A stretch of 62,722 nucleotides of DNA, counting the filler, from Guillardia theta CCMP2712 (lineage: Eukaryota > Protista > Cryptophyta): assembly GCF_000315625.1 (NCBI RefSeq). It is 3 parts of 3 records of this genome, joined end to end, with 100 filler letters (N's around TTAATTAATTAA, not from the genome) between each part and the next. Parts side by side here need not be neighbours in the genome. Positions count along the whole stretch, not along the records: positions 1 to 27,982 come from NW_005434381.1; positions 28,083 to 46,903 come from NW_005434658.1; 1 more part is not named here. One strand, given 5' to 3'. Under the pieces are notes generated by a model that saw only the letters and a list, made by a program, of their open reading frames with translations, made no database searches and was not told the DNA's origin. Shown here in pieces: positions 17,714-33,399 of the stretch (the stretch's first letter is position 1; each line of letters begins with the position of its first letter). Position numbers and translations under genes: made by a program.

Positions 17714-20104
17714 TCAAAGAGACTTCAAACGCCCGCGAAGCTCCGACAACTCCCGCAGGTTCGCGTCCACCCGCTGCTTCACCTTAGTCCATCGCTCCGC
17801 CTCCACCGAGACGGCATCCACGTAGGGAGCGAACGCCTGCTCGATCTCGAAGGCCGAGGTTCTGGCCGCCTGCTGGAAGAGCTTCTCCACGTCCTCCTTC
17901 ACCGCTGCCTTCCACTTGGCCGATCGGGAGTCGAGATCATCCGCCACCTCATCCTGCAAGATGCTCGGGTAGACCCCCAGGGAGTAGGCGAGGCCTCCGC
18001 CGGTCGTCAGGAAGGCCAGGGCGTCGAGGAGGCCGGCATTGAAGACTTCCAACGCGAGCAGACCTCCTCCGGCTACTGACGCAGTTGCAACCGCCACGTC
18101 AAACGCCTTCTGCGTCACCGACTGACCAAGGACCATGCGCTCGATGCGGGGATCGAACTGAGCGGAGATGCCGGCGCTGGGGCTCTCCAGGGTCTCCTGC
18201 ATGGAGCGGAGGGCGAGAGAGGTGTCGGGCTTCTGGAGGCTGATCTGCTTCCATTGGCGGCTGCGAAGCCTCTGGTCGATGAGAGCAGAGCACAGGTTCC
18301 ACTGAGCTTCCTGCTTGTCTCGGAGGATGCGCCCGAAGTCTTCCGCAAGCTCCTTCACCTCCTTGTCGAGATCAACGTCCATAGCAGCCTCCAGCTCGCC
18401 TTCGATCGACTTGCTCTTGGTGAGGCAGCCGACGATGTTGCTGGCGATGTAGGTGCCGCTGAGCACCTTGGAGGTGGTCGTCTTCGCCCTCTGCTGGACG
18501 GAGTTAAGGATGGAGTCGAGGCGCTTCAACTGGAAGTTCATCTCGGACTCGATCTCGGCCTCGTAGACTTCGATGCTCTGCTTGATCTGGTTCAGCACCT
18601 GCTTGTCGTCCTCCGTGATCTGATTCCCCAGCTCCGAAGCCTTCTTGTAGTTCACGAGGAACCTCTCTGCGACCCCGAGGGGAGATTCCAGCTTGAGCTT
18701 TGCCGCCTCCTTCTTGTCCGTCAGCGTCCGGACGACGTAAGACTCCAGCTCCTCGAACCGGCTCTCCTTCCACAGATCCTCCGCAGCTTTGGGGTCAGCA
18801 CTCTTGTCCGCTTGCATCAGCTTCGACTGGAGGGCAAGACGACCGGCGATGCCGAAGACAGGAGGCTCCACCCCGAGGATCCTCGCAGCATTCTCGCGAA
18901 CGAACTGTTTCACCTTTTCGAGGTTCTCTTCGCTGTCGAAGAGATCAACCTTGTTCAGCACCATCACAACCTTCTTGCCCCACTCTCGGATGTACTCCAG
19001 CAGCTTCCCTTCCGTCTCTGTTATGGGCCTCTCGGCGCTTGTCACGAAGATGATGAGGTCACTCTGAGGGATGAAGCCCTTCGTCAGCCGCGTCTGCTCT
19101 TTGATGATCGCGTTGGTCCCCGGGGTGTCCACGAGAGTCACTTGGCGCAGAAGCTCCACAGGCAGGAAGAGCTCTTGGTAGTCCTTGTTCCTCTGTTTCT
19201 TACCGCTCTCCTCCCCAGTCCCATATCGAAGCATGTTGATGGTTGTCGTAGTGGGAACTACACCCTCCTCGCAGAACTTCGACCCCAAGATCGCATTGAT
19301 CAGGGATGACTTGCCAGCGTTGAATTCACCCACCACAACCACGGAGAAAAGCAGCACCAGCCGGTCCTTCATGTCCAGCAACAGCGTAATGTCCCTGTCC
19401 TTGGCGTCAAGCTCGGCAAGCAGCTCGCACATGGACTCGATGAAGGCCGTCTCATCCCTCACCAGCGCGTCCACCTTGTCCCCCTGCAGCGGTGCTGCTG
19501 TCGAGCTGCCCGCAAATCGCACAGCGTCCTCGAACGACATTTCCCTCATCATCGTCTTCGTCCTCGACTCGCTCACTGGGGCTGGCGCCGCCGGCTCTAC
19601 AGCCTTCTGCTGTCCCGCTGATCCTTGCAGGAGCACATCCAGTCTCTGCCAGAACTTGAGCCGTTGCCCGACAGGCTTCGGGATGCTCATCGAGTCCAGC
19701 ATCATTGGGTCCTTGAGCAGGGAGAGCGCCTCCCCGTCAATGTCGTTCTGCAGGAACGCGTTTGTCCACTCCTCATTGAAGCCCTCGCTTTTGAGCCACT
19801 CCACAACATCTTCCTTAGTCCACACGACAACCTCCTGCTTCTGAGCCGAAGCAAACAAGCCGAACGATGTTCTGCTCATCCTGGCCGCACGGGGATGCAG
19901 CGATCGAAGGGGGCAAGGCCTGATGAAACTATCACTGCGGCAGAAAAGCTCAAGCAAGCGAGCATACCTCCTTCCTCCGGGCATGTTTCTCAGCGTCGTC
20001 TTGATGGCAGGCTTCCAAGGAGCTGTAGGAGCGAAGGCGATGGTTCCTGAAACGAAGGCGAGGCAGCAGAGAGCTTGAAGCTTGCAGAAGAAACGGGAGA
20101 ACAT
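17714..20104 (-). CDS. FZL: Plastid-targeted FZL-like (fuzzy-onions/bacterial dynamin-like) GTPase with a SAM domain, single ORF
   Basis: Signal peptide plus IA-FAP. SAM: WTKEDVVEWLKSEGF..FLQNDIDGEALSLL. G motifs: GEFNAGKS, GVVPTT, DTPGTN, NKVD. Also KLKLESPLGVA and a C-terminal hydrophobic hairpin. Confidence 0.85.
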   Translation of the reverse strand: MFSRFFCKLQALCCLAFVSGTIAFAPTAPWKPAIKTTLRNMPGGRRYARLLELFCRSDSFIRPCPLRSLHPRAARMSRTSFGLFASAQKQEVVVWTKEDVVEWLKSEGFNEEWTNAFLQNDIDGEALSLLKDPMMLDSMSIPKPVGQRLKFWQRLDVLLQGSAGQQKAVEPAAPAPVSESRTKTMMREMSFEDAVRFAGSSTAAPLQGDKVDALVRDETAFIESMCELLAELDAKDRDITLLLDMKDRLVLLFSVVVVGEFNAGKSSLINAILGSKFCEEGVVPTTTTINMLRYGTGEESGKKQRNKDYQELFLPVELLRQVTLVDTPGTNAIIKEQTRLTKGFIPQSDLIIFVTSAERPITETEGKLLEYIREWGKKVVMVLNKVDLFDSEENLEKVKQFVRENAARILGVEPPVFGIAGRLALQSKLMQADKSADPKAAEDLWKESRFEELESYVVRTLTDKKEAAKLKLESPLGVAERFLVNYKKASELGNQITEDDKQVLNQIKQSIEVYEAEIESEMNFQLKRLDSILNSVQQRAKTTTSKVLSGTYIASNIVGCLTKSKSIEGELEAAMDVDLDKEVKELAEDFGRILRDKQEAQWNLCSALIDQRLRSRQWKQISLQKPDTSLALRSMQETLESPSAGISAQFDPRIERMVLGQSVTQKAFDVAVATASVAGGGLLALEVFNAGLLDALAFLTTGGGLAYSLGVYPSILQDEVADDLDSRSAKWKAAVKEDVEKLFQQAARTSAFEIEQAFAPYVDAVSVEAERWTKVKQRVDANLRELSELRGRLKSL

Positions 20105-21886
20105 GGTGACGATGGAGAATAGATGTCGAGATCTCTCTTGTCAAAACTCAGTGAAGTTCTTGCAAAATATTAATTTGCAGAAATCAGGCCTGCATGTCAG
20201 CCCTGGCTCGAGACGGCAACCTGCATCCAGAAATTAAACAGATCCAGCACTTGTAGAACGCAAGTATGGTGGAATCCATTCAAGACTGGCATTGCACTGG
20301 CAGGCATGTACAGGTGCACAAATAAAAAAATGAAAGCAATAGAAGCAGTAGCAGTACAAGTGTCTTTTTGATATTAATGTGCATGAATACTAGCATGCCA
20401 TTCAGTCACGGTGCATGAAATTTGAAATGGAACCACTTCTCTTCCCCACAGAATGCAAGATTTCCTATCTTCTCATCTTCCTTGTATGATATCATTCCTT
20501 TCATGACGTCTGTCCCTCAATTGCTCCTTCAACCGGTCGCTTCCTCCTCCTCTCCTTTTATCCTCCTGCATATGCCTGGACTCTCCCGCCATTAAAGATT
20601 ATACCCCATGTACCCCATCGGACCCCCCCTCGGTCTCTCACACAAGTAACAATACCTACCCCTTCAATTAGCAATAACTACCCACCTTTTGTAAGATAAT
20701 TGGATACCCCCACCCCACCTTACCCTCCTCTACACAAAACTCTCGTTGAACGAAACAACCGAAAACTGTTCGACCGAAGGGGTGGGGTAGGGTAATGAAG
20801 GTGGGTGCAATGCTGTAATTTCACTTCATATGGGGGGTAGGGGTAACTCATGTATTTGTAGGGGGTGGGTACGACTGTGTCTTTTGTAGGGCTTGGGAGC
20901 AGCAACAAGTAACAAAATTTGAATTCAGTGCGGAAGGAAAGGGGGTGGGGGTACACCCACCCTATACTAATAATTCTGAGATTTCCTTGTTGATCTCAAA
21001 AACAATCTGATATATCACTTAAAATTTCAAACTTAGAGATAAAAAACACCTGGACAACAGTGATTGAGTGGAATAACGGGCTCGTGGATTCAAAAATGTC
21101 ACTGAGGGAGAAGGTGGGGTAGGGTGGTTTACAGCATGCAAGTTCAAGCCTCGCCGAGCCGCCTGGCCGCACTCACCGTACTAGTGGCTACTAGTGACTC
21201 GCCCGGGTCTCGGACACCGTCACCGCCGCAGTGTCGGCCGGGTCTCCGATCGGACCGTCAGTCACGGCGGAACTTCGGAACTTGCGGCCTCCCGGCGACG
21301 AGGGCCGAGTCTGAGCCGCGTTGAATGAGAGGCAGGGCCGGCAGTGGCTACCGGGCCGCCGCCTAGCACGGACTCGCGTGCCAGTGAGCCTAATCATACT
21401 ACGGTACCCGGCGTCCCGAATCGCTCGCGAGTCGCCGGGACCGGACCGTACCTGGGTGCCGCACACCGCCATCAAGCCTGGGGCTGAGTGCCCGGCGGCG
21501 CACTGGCGGCATCGCGGGGGCCGGCAGGCGTCCAGTCCGACTCTCCGGCGTGGCCCTCGGCGAGTCGGACCCAGTGGGTGCCGCACTCCGCCGTGGCCGG
21601 GCCGGGCCCGCCGCTAGTAAACCCGGCTAAACCCTGTATGTTTACTTTTGAGTAAAGGTTTAGTGGCGCGGCGTGCCACGGATGAATATGTTTACTCAAA
21701 GTTAAGTGAAGATGAAGGCCTGTAAGGCCGTGGCTGACGGCAGGGTTACGAGGGCGTGCTAGATCTCGTGATGTCATCTCGTGGTCACATGGGTACGAAT
21801 CTTGAGATCACACGACCCTGTAAGCCTCACCACATCCACCCCCTTCAAGTCCTTAGCAAGGAACTCTGCTGTCTACGTGGAACGGA

Positions 21887-22250
21887 ATGGCGGACAAGCG
21901 CTCGCATGAGTTGATGGCGATGGCGTTGAAGGAGAGCTTCAAGATCGATCTACGAGCAAGCCTGCCCATCGTCCACGAGAAATCAGAGAAAGAACAAGTC
22001 ATTCAAAATCATGTGGCAGCACCTCCTCCCCAACGATATTCCAGAGGAGCACAAAGGCACAGGGAGACGGAGGGCGAACGAGAGGAACGTGGTGAAAGCG
22101 ATGAAGGTCACAGAAGGAACAGAAACAGACAGGTTGGCTTCGAACTTATCCGGACCATGGAGGCACGACGACCCATACCATTTCTTGTGTTCATGTTGTC
22201 GAAAGGGAATTCTACTGTTTCGCCCGGTTGAGCCATGTGTACAGCTCTGA
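21887..22250 (+). CDS. Small hypothetical protein
   Basis: ATG at 21887 with a possible GC-AG intron joining ORF 21887 to frame 22011..22250. No family recognised. Confidence 0.35.
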
Positions 22251-23110
22251 TACTATAGACTCTCTCTCGACATGTTCCATATCGTTTTGCTCATTGATCA
22301 TTGACGTTATTCCTTGTATTGATATGACACCGTGATTAGTTATAAAAGTGATTGAGGTTAATAAACTTCTTGTTTTCTGTTCAAACCAATCGTTTCGATG
22401 ACAAATTGTTCTGTGTCATTGCATAGCAATTTCGATTCTTTTGAATGCGCGTATGTGACTTCTAAACAAATGTGATTATTTTCACCTCCTATGCTAAGAT
22501 ACTCGACATGAACATGTAAAAATAAAGCTCTGATCAAAACCAAAAAAAATGTTCTTGTGGAAGACAGGAAACTGCTTGACCTGTCTCAGAAACTAGTCCG
22601 AAAGCAATAAAAAAACCTTACTGCATGAGAGTGAGAAACAGACTAAGTAGAGAAGTTCTATGCCGTCTTTCCGGGATGTTCCAATACCACGTTACTCGTT
22701 AATAAAACTTACGCTTTTGACAATTCCTTAGCCGTATTTCCTGCAAACCAAGAATGTCGAAAGATTGTACCAATCCTCTCACTGATCTTACGAACTTCTT
22801 TACGCATGCAGTCATCGGATAGCTTGCTAGTTCCTATTGCTCCATCGTCACACTTGATCGCATGATCGCGGTTACACAGTCTGTTATTTTCGTTCTGGCC
22901 ATTCTGAGGTGAGCTTTCAAATTGACTTCAGTTTTAATTATTACGTCCCCGTGACCTGCTGACATCTCGCTGTAAGACTCCGACAACCAGAAGATCTCCG
23001 GATCTTTACCACTCTCCGTTCCTCCCTTCCCTGTGACCTGCTGACCGTCCCCCTCGCCTTCTATAAAGCCGTCCCATCCGCCCGGGCGTTGAAGTACAAG
23101 CACAACCACC

Positions 23111-23434
23111 ATGCACTCTCTTCGTAGCGATATCAAGCTCAAGCATGCCGCTCTCCCGGCCAACGAGCACACAGAGCTGATCGCAGACGTCTCCGAGGAC
23201 GAGGACGAGCTGCTGGTAGAGCTCGACTTCCCTGCGGTGAACAGCCAGTTCGAGACCTCCACGATCCTGGCAGAGGCAGCGCCGCCGCGCGTCTTTCGTC
23301 GATCGCAGAGGACAGGACGCGAAGCGATGGAAGTAGACACTGTTCGAGGTCTTCGCAATCGCCAGGTTGGAAGAGATCTCAACAGGACAAACGAAGCAAG
23401 GCGTCTGGTGCAACTACGTGTTGTGCAGCTGTGA
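23111..23434 (+). CDS. Small orphan protein, copy A (107 aa unspliced)
   Basis: accATG start, TATAAA at ~23062, and synonymous differences from copy B. Confidence 0.75.
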   Translation: MHSLRSDIKLKHAALPANEHTELIADVSEDEDELLVELDFPAVNSQFETSTILAEAAPPRVFRRSQRTGREAMEVDTVRGLRNRQVGRDLNRTNEARRLVQLRVVQL

Positions 23435-23908
23435 GCGTATGAGGGAGGGTATTAGGATTGTAAATTAAGTGTGAATACATTATAAGTCGAATTCAACCTG
23501 GAATTCAATGCGTGCGCTTTTCTTTGTCTGTGATTGTGCACTATCGCTGAATAGTCCAGCATGGCCACCTCAGTACCATCAGAGGGTCGTTGATTACAAG
23601 ATACTCACTTCGAGCTGTCATGTTACTGAGATTACATGAGAGAACCTTGCCATAACTGGATTTGAACGGAATCAAAGGAAAAAGTAAGTAACCTTGTGTG
23701 GATTTGCGTGATTTTACAACTCATATGTCATCGTTGAATCATCAAGCGGCAGTAGTGATTTAGGTCGCTCGAAGTCAATGCTCACACATCATCAACGTAA
23801 ATGAATTGAAAGCATATCATCTTATCTCCCACTTAGGCAACAATGTTCGATTCATCTTGTATTCACACTTAATTTACAAAGCTACATCCTCTCTCTCTTG
23901 AACGCCGC

Positions 23909-24250
23909 TTACAGAAGTACGACACGTAGTTGCACGAGTCGCCTTGCTTCGTTTGCCTTGTTGAGATCTCTTCCAACCTGGCGATTGCGAAGACCTCGAT
24001 GCAGCACATCGCATTGACGCCTTGACCCTGATTTGACTTCACGTCCTGTCCTCTGCGATCGACGAAAGACGCGCGGCGGCGCTGCCTCTGCCAGGATCGT
24101 GGAGGTCTCGAACTGGCTGTTCACCGCAGGGAAGTCGAGCTCTGCCAGCAGCTCGTCCTCGTCCTCGGAGACGTCTGCGACCAGCTCTGTGTGCTCGTTG
24201 GCCGGGAGAGCGGCATGCTGGAGCTTGATATCGCTGCGAAGAGAGTGCAT
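23909..24250 (-). CDS. Small orphan protein, copy B (113 aa unspliced)
   Basis: Near-identical paralog of 23111..23434. Probable 48-nt GT-AG intron in the divergent segment. Confidence 0.75.
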   Translation of the reverse strand: MHSLRSDIKLQHAALPANEHTELVADVSEDEDELLAELDFPAVNSQFETSTILAEAAPPRVFRRSQRTGREVKSGSRRQCDVLHRGLRNRQVGRDLNKANEARRLVQLRVVLL

Positions 24251-24804
24251 GGTGGTTGTAGTCGTGGTCGTGGTTACACCGTGGAGAGTGGGAGGGCTTC
24301 TTAAAGGAGTTACGAGCTGTCAGCAGGTCACAGGGAAGGGAAGCATGTGGAGTGGTAAAAATCCGGAGATCTTCTGGTTGTCGGAGTCTTACAGCGAGAT
24401 GTCAGCAGGTCATGCTGAAATCTTACACAAGAGGCATCTCTTGGCTCCCTTGCACGGACGTCCTATCCGAAGTCACGGTACCACTTGGCCTGGGCTCCGA
24501 CGACCGCTACCGCCGTCACGTGCCACTAGTACTGTGACCGACGGTCATCCGATCCGGGAGCCTCCCCCCGGCGGACTCCGCCGACAGTGAGGCGATGCCA
24601 AACTGTGACTCGCCGGACATCACTAGTGACGCCCGCCGGCCGCCCGGCCAGTGGGCGGCCCGCCGGCGGGCCCCCGGGGAGCCCAGCCCCGCGGCCGGCA
24701 CCAGTGATCGGACCAGGGCCGGCCCCGGTACGGTACGGGTCGGGGTGACCGTCCGACTGTACGGGCCAGTGATCGGACGGACGGTGACGGTGACAGTGCC
24801 ACCG

Positions 24805-27800
24805 TATTGGAATCAATTCCTGACTCCTAGAGTCTGTGCACAGATGAATGACTAGTAGAACAGCTCAACAGCTGACTGATAAGTCCAAAGACCAAGACTC
24901 ACAGATGATGTGCGCACGAAGACACCAATGACTTTCACAGCCAACCAAACACCTCAGATAACTCAGATCAACTTCCCAACAATCCCCAGCACTTTATTCC
25001 CAACACTCGTAGCAGCAAGACCAACCAAACAGCTTCCCTTCACACACCACCGCCTTACTTCCACCACTGTACGAGTGCTGCCTCTTCGACAGCCGGCGCC
25101 TCTTGATTCCTCCGGCGCCGCCTCAGCTTCCCCAGGCTCCAACCAACCGGATCTTCTAAGTCACAGACTAAGCTCCAGCCCACTAGCTTGGACCTGCAGG
25201 CTTCACTTGGTTCACAACCTGATTAGACGCATCCCTTGAACTTATCGCGTCTGAAAGAACTTCTGAGAGGTTTGTCAGAACCTGAGTTCTTACACCCTCC
25301 CTTTGGGAAGCAAGTCAGAAGTCTGCAACCTTCTCAGCTTGTCAAAATCATCTGCTTAACAGCTAAGCAGCTGTCCCTTGCGATGTCCTCCTTTCCAACG
25401 CTCGCTCAAGCTTTACAAGCTGACTTCCATGCTGCTCTCCTCTCCAAGGTCATCTTGCTGCTACCACTCCATCAACCGTTCTGCACAGGCTCATCCCCCA
25501 TCTTGCATGCCTCCTGCGCTCCTCCTTCGCTTCAAGTGTGCACCCTGGTGCACCTGCGTTTCTCCTCCTGTGACACCTGCGCTCCTCCTCCGCTTGCGCT
25601 GCGGATGCAGTGCAGTCGCACCCCGCCAACAGTGCACCTGTGCTGCTCCTCCACCTGCGCTGCGGCTTCTCCCCACCATCGTAGGGCCTGCGCTGCTCCT
25701 CCAGCGCTTGCGCTTCAGCAGCACTCCTGCAGCACCTGCGCCGTCCTCCTCTAGCGCATCCTGATGCTCGTGCACTCAGCTTGTACCATCCGCATGCCAC
25801 TAGAGACGCTCCTCATCCGCCTGCGCTGTCCGCATGCACCTGTGCTCCTCCTCATCTTCCATCATAAACTCTTCCTAGCTGCCTGCAGTGTCAGCTCAAG
25901 ACTAAGTCCTGAACACATCTGCATCTTTCAAGTCAGACAGCTCCTCCTCCTCTTCAACCTGATCCTCATGATGGGATTGGTCATCATGTGACCTCTCTGA
26001 AGCGTGCACATTGAGCAATTGAATGAAGACGTCTCCACCCATTGATGATGCCAAGAATTTAGAATTCCAATCAAGCTCCAGAGATCAGGTTCAGAATTCT
26101 TGCAATTCCTTGATTGATCTCTGATTGTTTTGAACACAATTTTCTCGTTTCTAATCTATGGGCCCTTTCTATCCTATCTACCCCGGGGATCATTGTTTTG
26201 CCAAGGCACAATCATTTTTGACGTCAGCGCTTTCATTTCAACCACATGACTTATCGATCTCGACTCATCCGTCATTTCTTTCTCATTTTTCATTTTTTTT
26301 TTTTTGGCCATTCAATTTCATCGTTCACTACCGTCATGGGTTCCATAGATCAGGATGAGCGAGTTTCTAAGATACTAACCTAGAACAGATGTCTTGGTTG
26401 CAGCTAGCCACAGGCTTGAGGAAGACGTGTCTGTCTTTATCCTCCTTCCGATTCATCCGATTCCTTCACGTTCTCCATGAGAGTCTCCTCGGTGACATCA
26501 CCCGAGACACCCTCCCTGAATCGGATAGAAGACGGAAGACTGACAATTCTCGAGCGACACGGACTCGGTGGCAAGGGTCCGAGACACCCTCCCTGAATCG
26601 GAGAAAAGACGGAAGATAAAGCCTGGAAGCCACCGCAGCAGGATCGGTTGAATCTCCTTGTCGAAGACTGGAGCTCGGATCACCGTCAATCACACACGGG
26701 GCATACAACTTTGGCGACTGACGGCATGGGAACAGAGTAGCACTGTCCCCGACAGAAGCGCAGAGAGCATGACAGGCGAGCATCCTCAGAGCAGCATATC
26801 CGGTAAGGGGTCTCCGAAGAGAAATTCACCAAGGAGCCTCCACCGATTCAAAGGCAGAACTTTCGTCAGCAAATCACCAGGCTGATAAGAAGTATGAATC
26901 TTTTCTGGATAGAGCTCGTCCTTTTCTACCAAATCAACAGCATACTTCGTTCGAATATCAATGTGTTTGAGTCGACTATAACTTCGCTTGTCCCACAAAA
27001 GCCTCAGACATGGTTCATTGTCGATTAGCAAGAGAGTAGGACGAGTCTGCGTAAATCCCATCTGACCCAAGAGATTTCTATAAAGCTTGACTAGTTTCGC
27101 GCATGTGGTGGCAGCATAAATTTCAGCTTCTGAAGAACTCAGGGCAACAACCTTCTGCATTTTCGAACCAAAGACGACTACCCCACCATTCAGAACGATT
27201 CCATATCCGCTTTGACTCCGTCTCGTAATAATCTCGGTACCCCAACCAGCATCACTGAATGCAATCATCTCATTGACAAAACACTCCTGGTGGTAATATA
27301 CTCCGTGACAATGGTATACGATCTGAACCTCCCGAGTAGTGTAAAGGTACTGTAGAAGATGAATTAAGGCATCCATATCACACTGCCGAGGAGCACGAGC
27401 AAAGCGACTAAGGACGCTCGTCGCGAATGCGATATCAACCCGCGTACAATTTGCCACGTAGAGAATGGACCCCAGAAGACTCTGATAAGTGCGGACTTCC
27501 TTCTTGTTCAACAACTTACCCTCCAAGTGATAAGTCTTGAGATAGTGACCAGGTAATACCGTTTTGACACCCCTGGCAACGATTTCAAAGCGTTCAACAA
27601 TCTTTTCAATGAAATGCTGTTGTGACAAAGTTATCCGACCCTGATCGTCATTCTGTTCTATTTTAATGCCCAAGAAGGTACCTGTTGCCTCACTCCCCGA
27701 AAAGTCGAATACTGTGTTGAGCTTCTCAAGAAACTCAATCTTAACTGCTTCAGTTTGAGAGACAATGAGTAAGTCATCCACGAAGACAGTCAGAAGCAAG

Positions 27801-27982
27801 ACGTCCCCCGCACAGTTGGAGTATCGGTAGATGATCTCATCATGTCCTATCCCACTTGCTCCCACCGTCTTCAACACCTGCGTGAACTTAAGATACCATC
27901 TCCTTGGTGCAATGCGAAGTCCATAGAGCGACTTCAAGACTTTGAGGAGGCACTCAGGAGGAAGACTCATGATATCTGGAGG
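24805..27982 (-). mobile_element. Ty1/copia LTR retrotransposon, 3' portion (truncated at gap)
   Basis: RT/RNase H ORF plus a candidate 3' LTR at 24805..24981 (minus strand TGTTGG...CCAATA) preceded by a short purine tract (GGGGAT). Confidence 0.8.
26786..27970 (-). CDS. pol: Copia pol fragment: reverse transcriptase + RNase H
   Basis: LKSLYGLRIAPRRWY, FVDDLL, YQSLLGSILY..TRVDI, FSDAGW..RRSQSGY, VALSSSEAE, KHIDIR, DLLTK. Confidence 0.95.
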   Translation of the reverse strand: MSLPPECLLKVLKSLYGLRIAPRRWYLKFTQVLKTVGASGIGHDEIIYRYSNCAGDVLLLTVFVDDLLIVSQTEAVKIEFLEKLNTVFDFSGSEATGTFLGIKIEQNDDQGRITLSQQHFIEKIVERFEIVARGVKTVLPGHYLKTYHLEGKLLNKKEVRTYQSLLGSILYVANCTRVDIAFATSVLSRFARAPRQCDMDALIHLLQYLYTTREVQIVYHCHGVYYHQECFVNEMIAFSDAGWGTEIITRRSQSGYGIVLNGGVVVFGSKMQKVVALSSSEAEIYAATTCAKLVKLYRNLLGQMGFTQTRPTLLLIDNEPCLRLLWDKRSYSRLKHIDIRTKYAVDLVEKDELYPEKIHTSYQPGDLLTKVLPLNRWRLLGEFLFGDPLPDMLL

Positions 27983-28082
27983 NNNNNNNNNNNNNNNNNN
28001 NNNNNNNNNNNNNNNNNNNNNNNNNNTTAATTAATTAANNNNNNNNNNNNNNNNNNNNNNNNNNNNNNNNNNNNNNNNNNNN
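27983..28082. other. Assembly gap with artificial TTAATTAATTAA linker
   Basis: Six-frame stop linker at 28027..28038 embedded in Ns. Confidence 0.9.
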
Positions 28083-33178
<5,096 letters not shown>

Positions 33179-33399
33179 GGTTGGGATGTGTCGATCCTCT
33201 ATGCCTTACAAGGCCTGCACTCTAGGTTCCGCTCGAATCCAAAGGCAACAGACAGTTCAGAGGTCAGGTAGTGTGGTGGGGAGGCGAGCAGAGAGACTGG
33301 CATAGACGGGGATCAAAGACAGGACTGAGGAGAAGAGAGAAGGGAAACAAGGAGGAGGAGGCGATTAACAGCCTTTCCTCCTCTCCCGCACGCCCATAC

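Larger units (their letters stand above)
22950..24420. repeat. Inverted duplication: arms ~22950-23480 and ~23860-24420, spacer ~380 bp
   Basis: The arms share upstream sequence (gacctgctgacatctcgctgtaagactccgacaaccagaagatctccggat), the CDS and the 3' motif tgtaaattaagtgtgaataca. Confidence 0.95.

Noticed and set aside
22834-24590. ORFs 22834..23382 (-) and 24033..24590 (+)
   Set aside because: Antisense to the duplicated gene; the synonymous-change pattern supports the MHSLRS frame.
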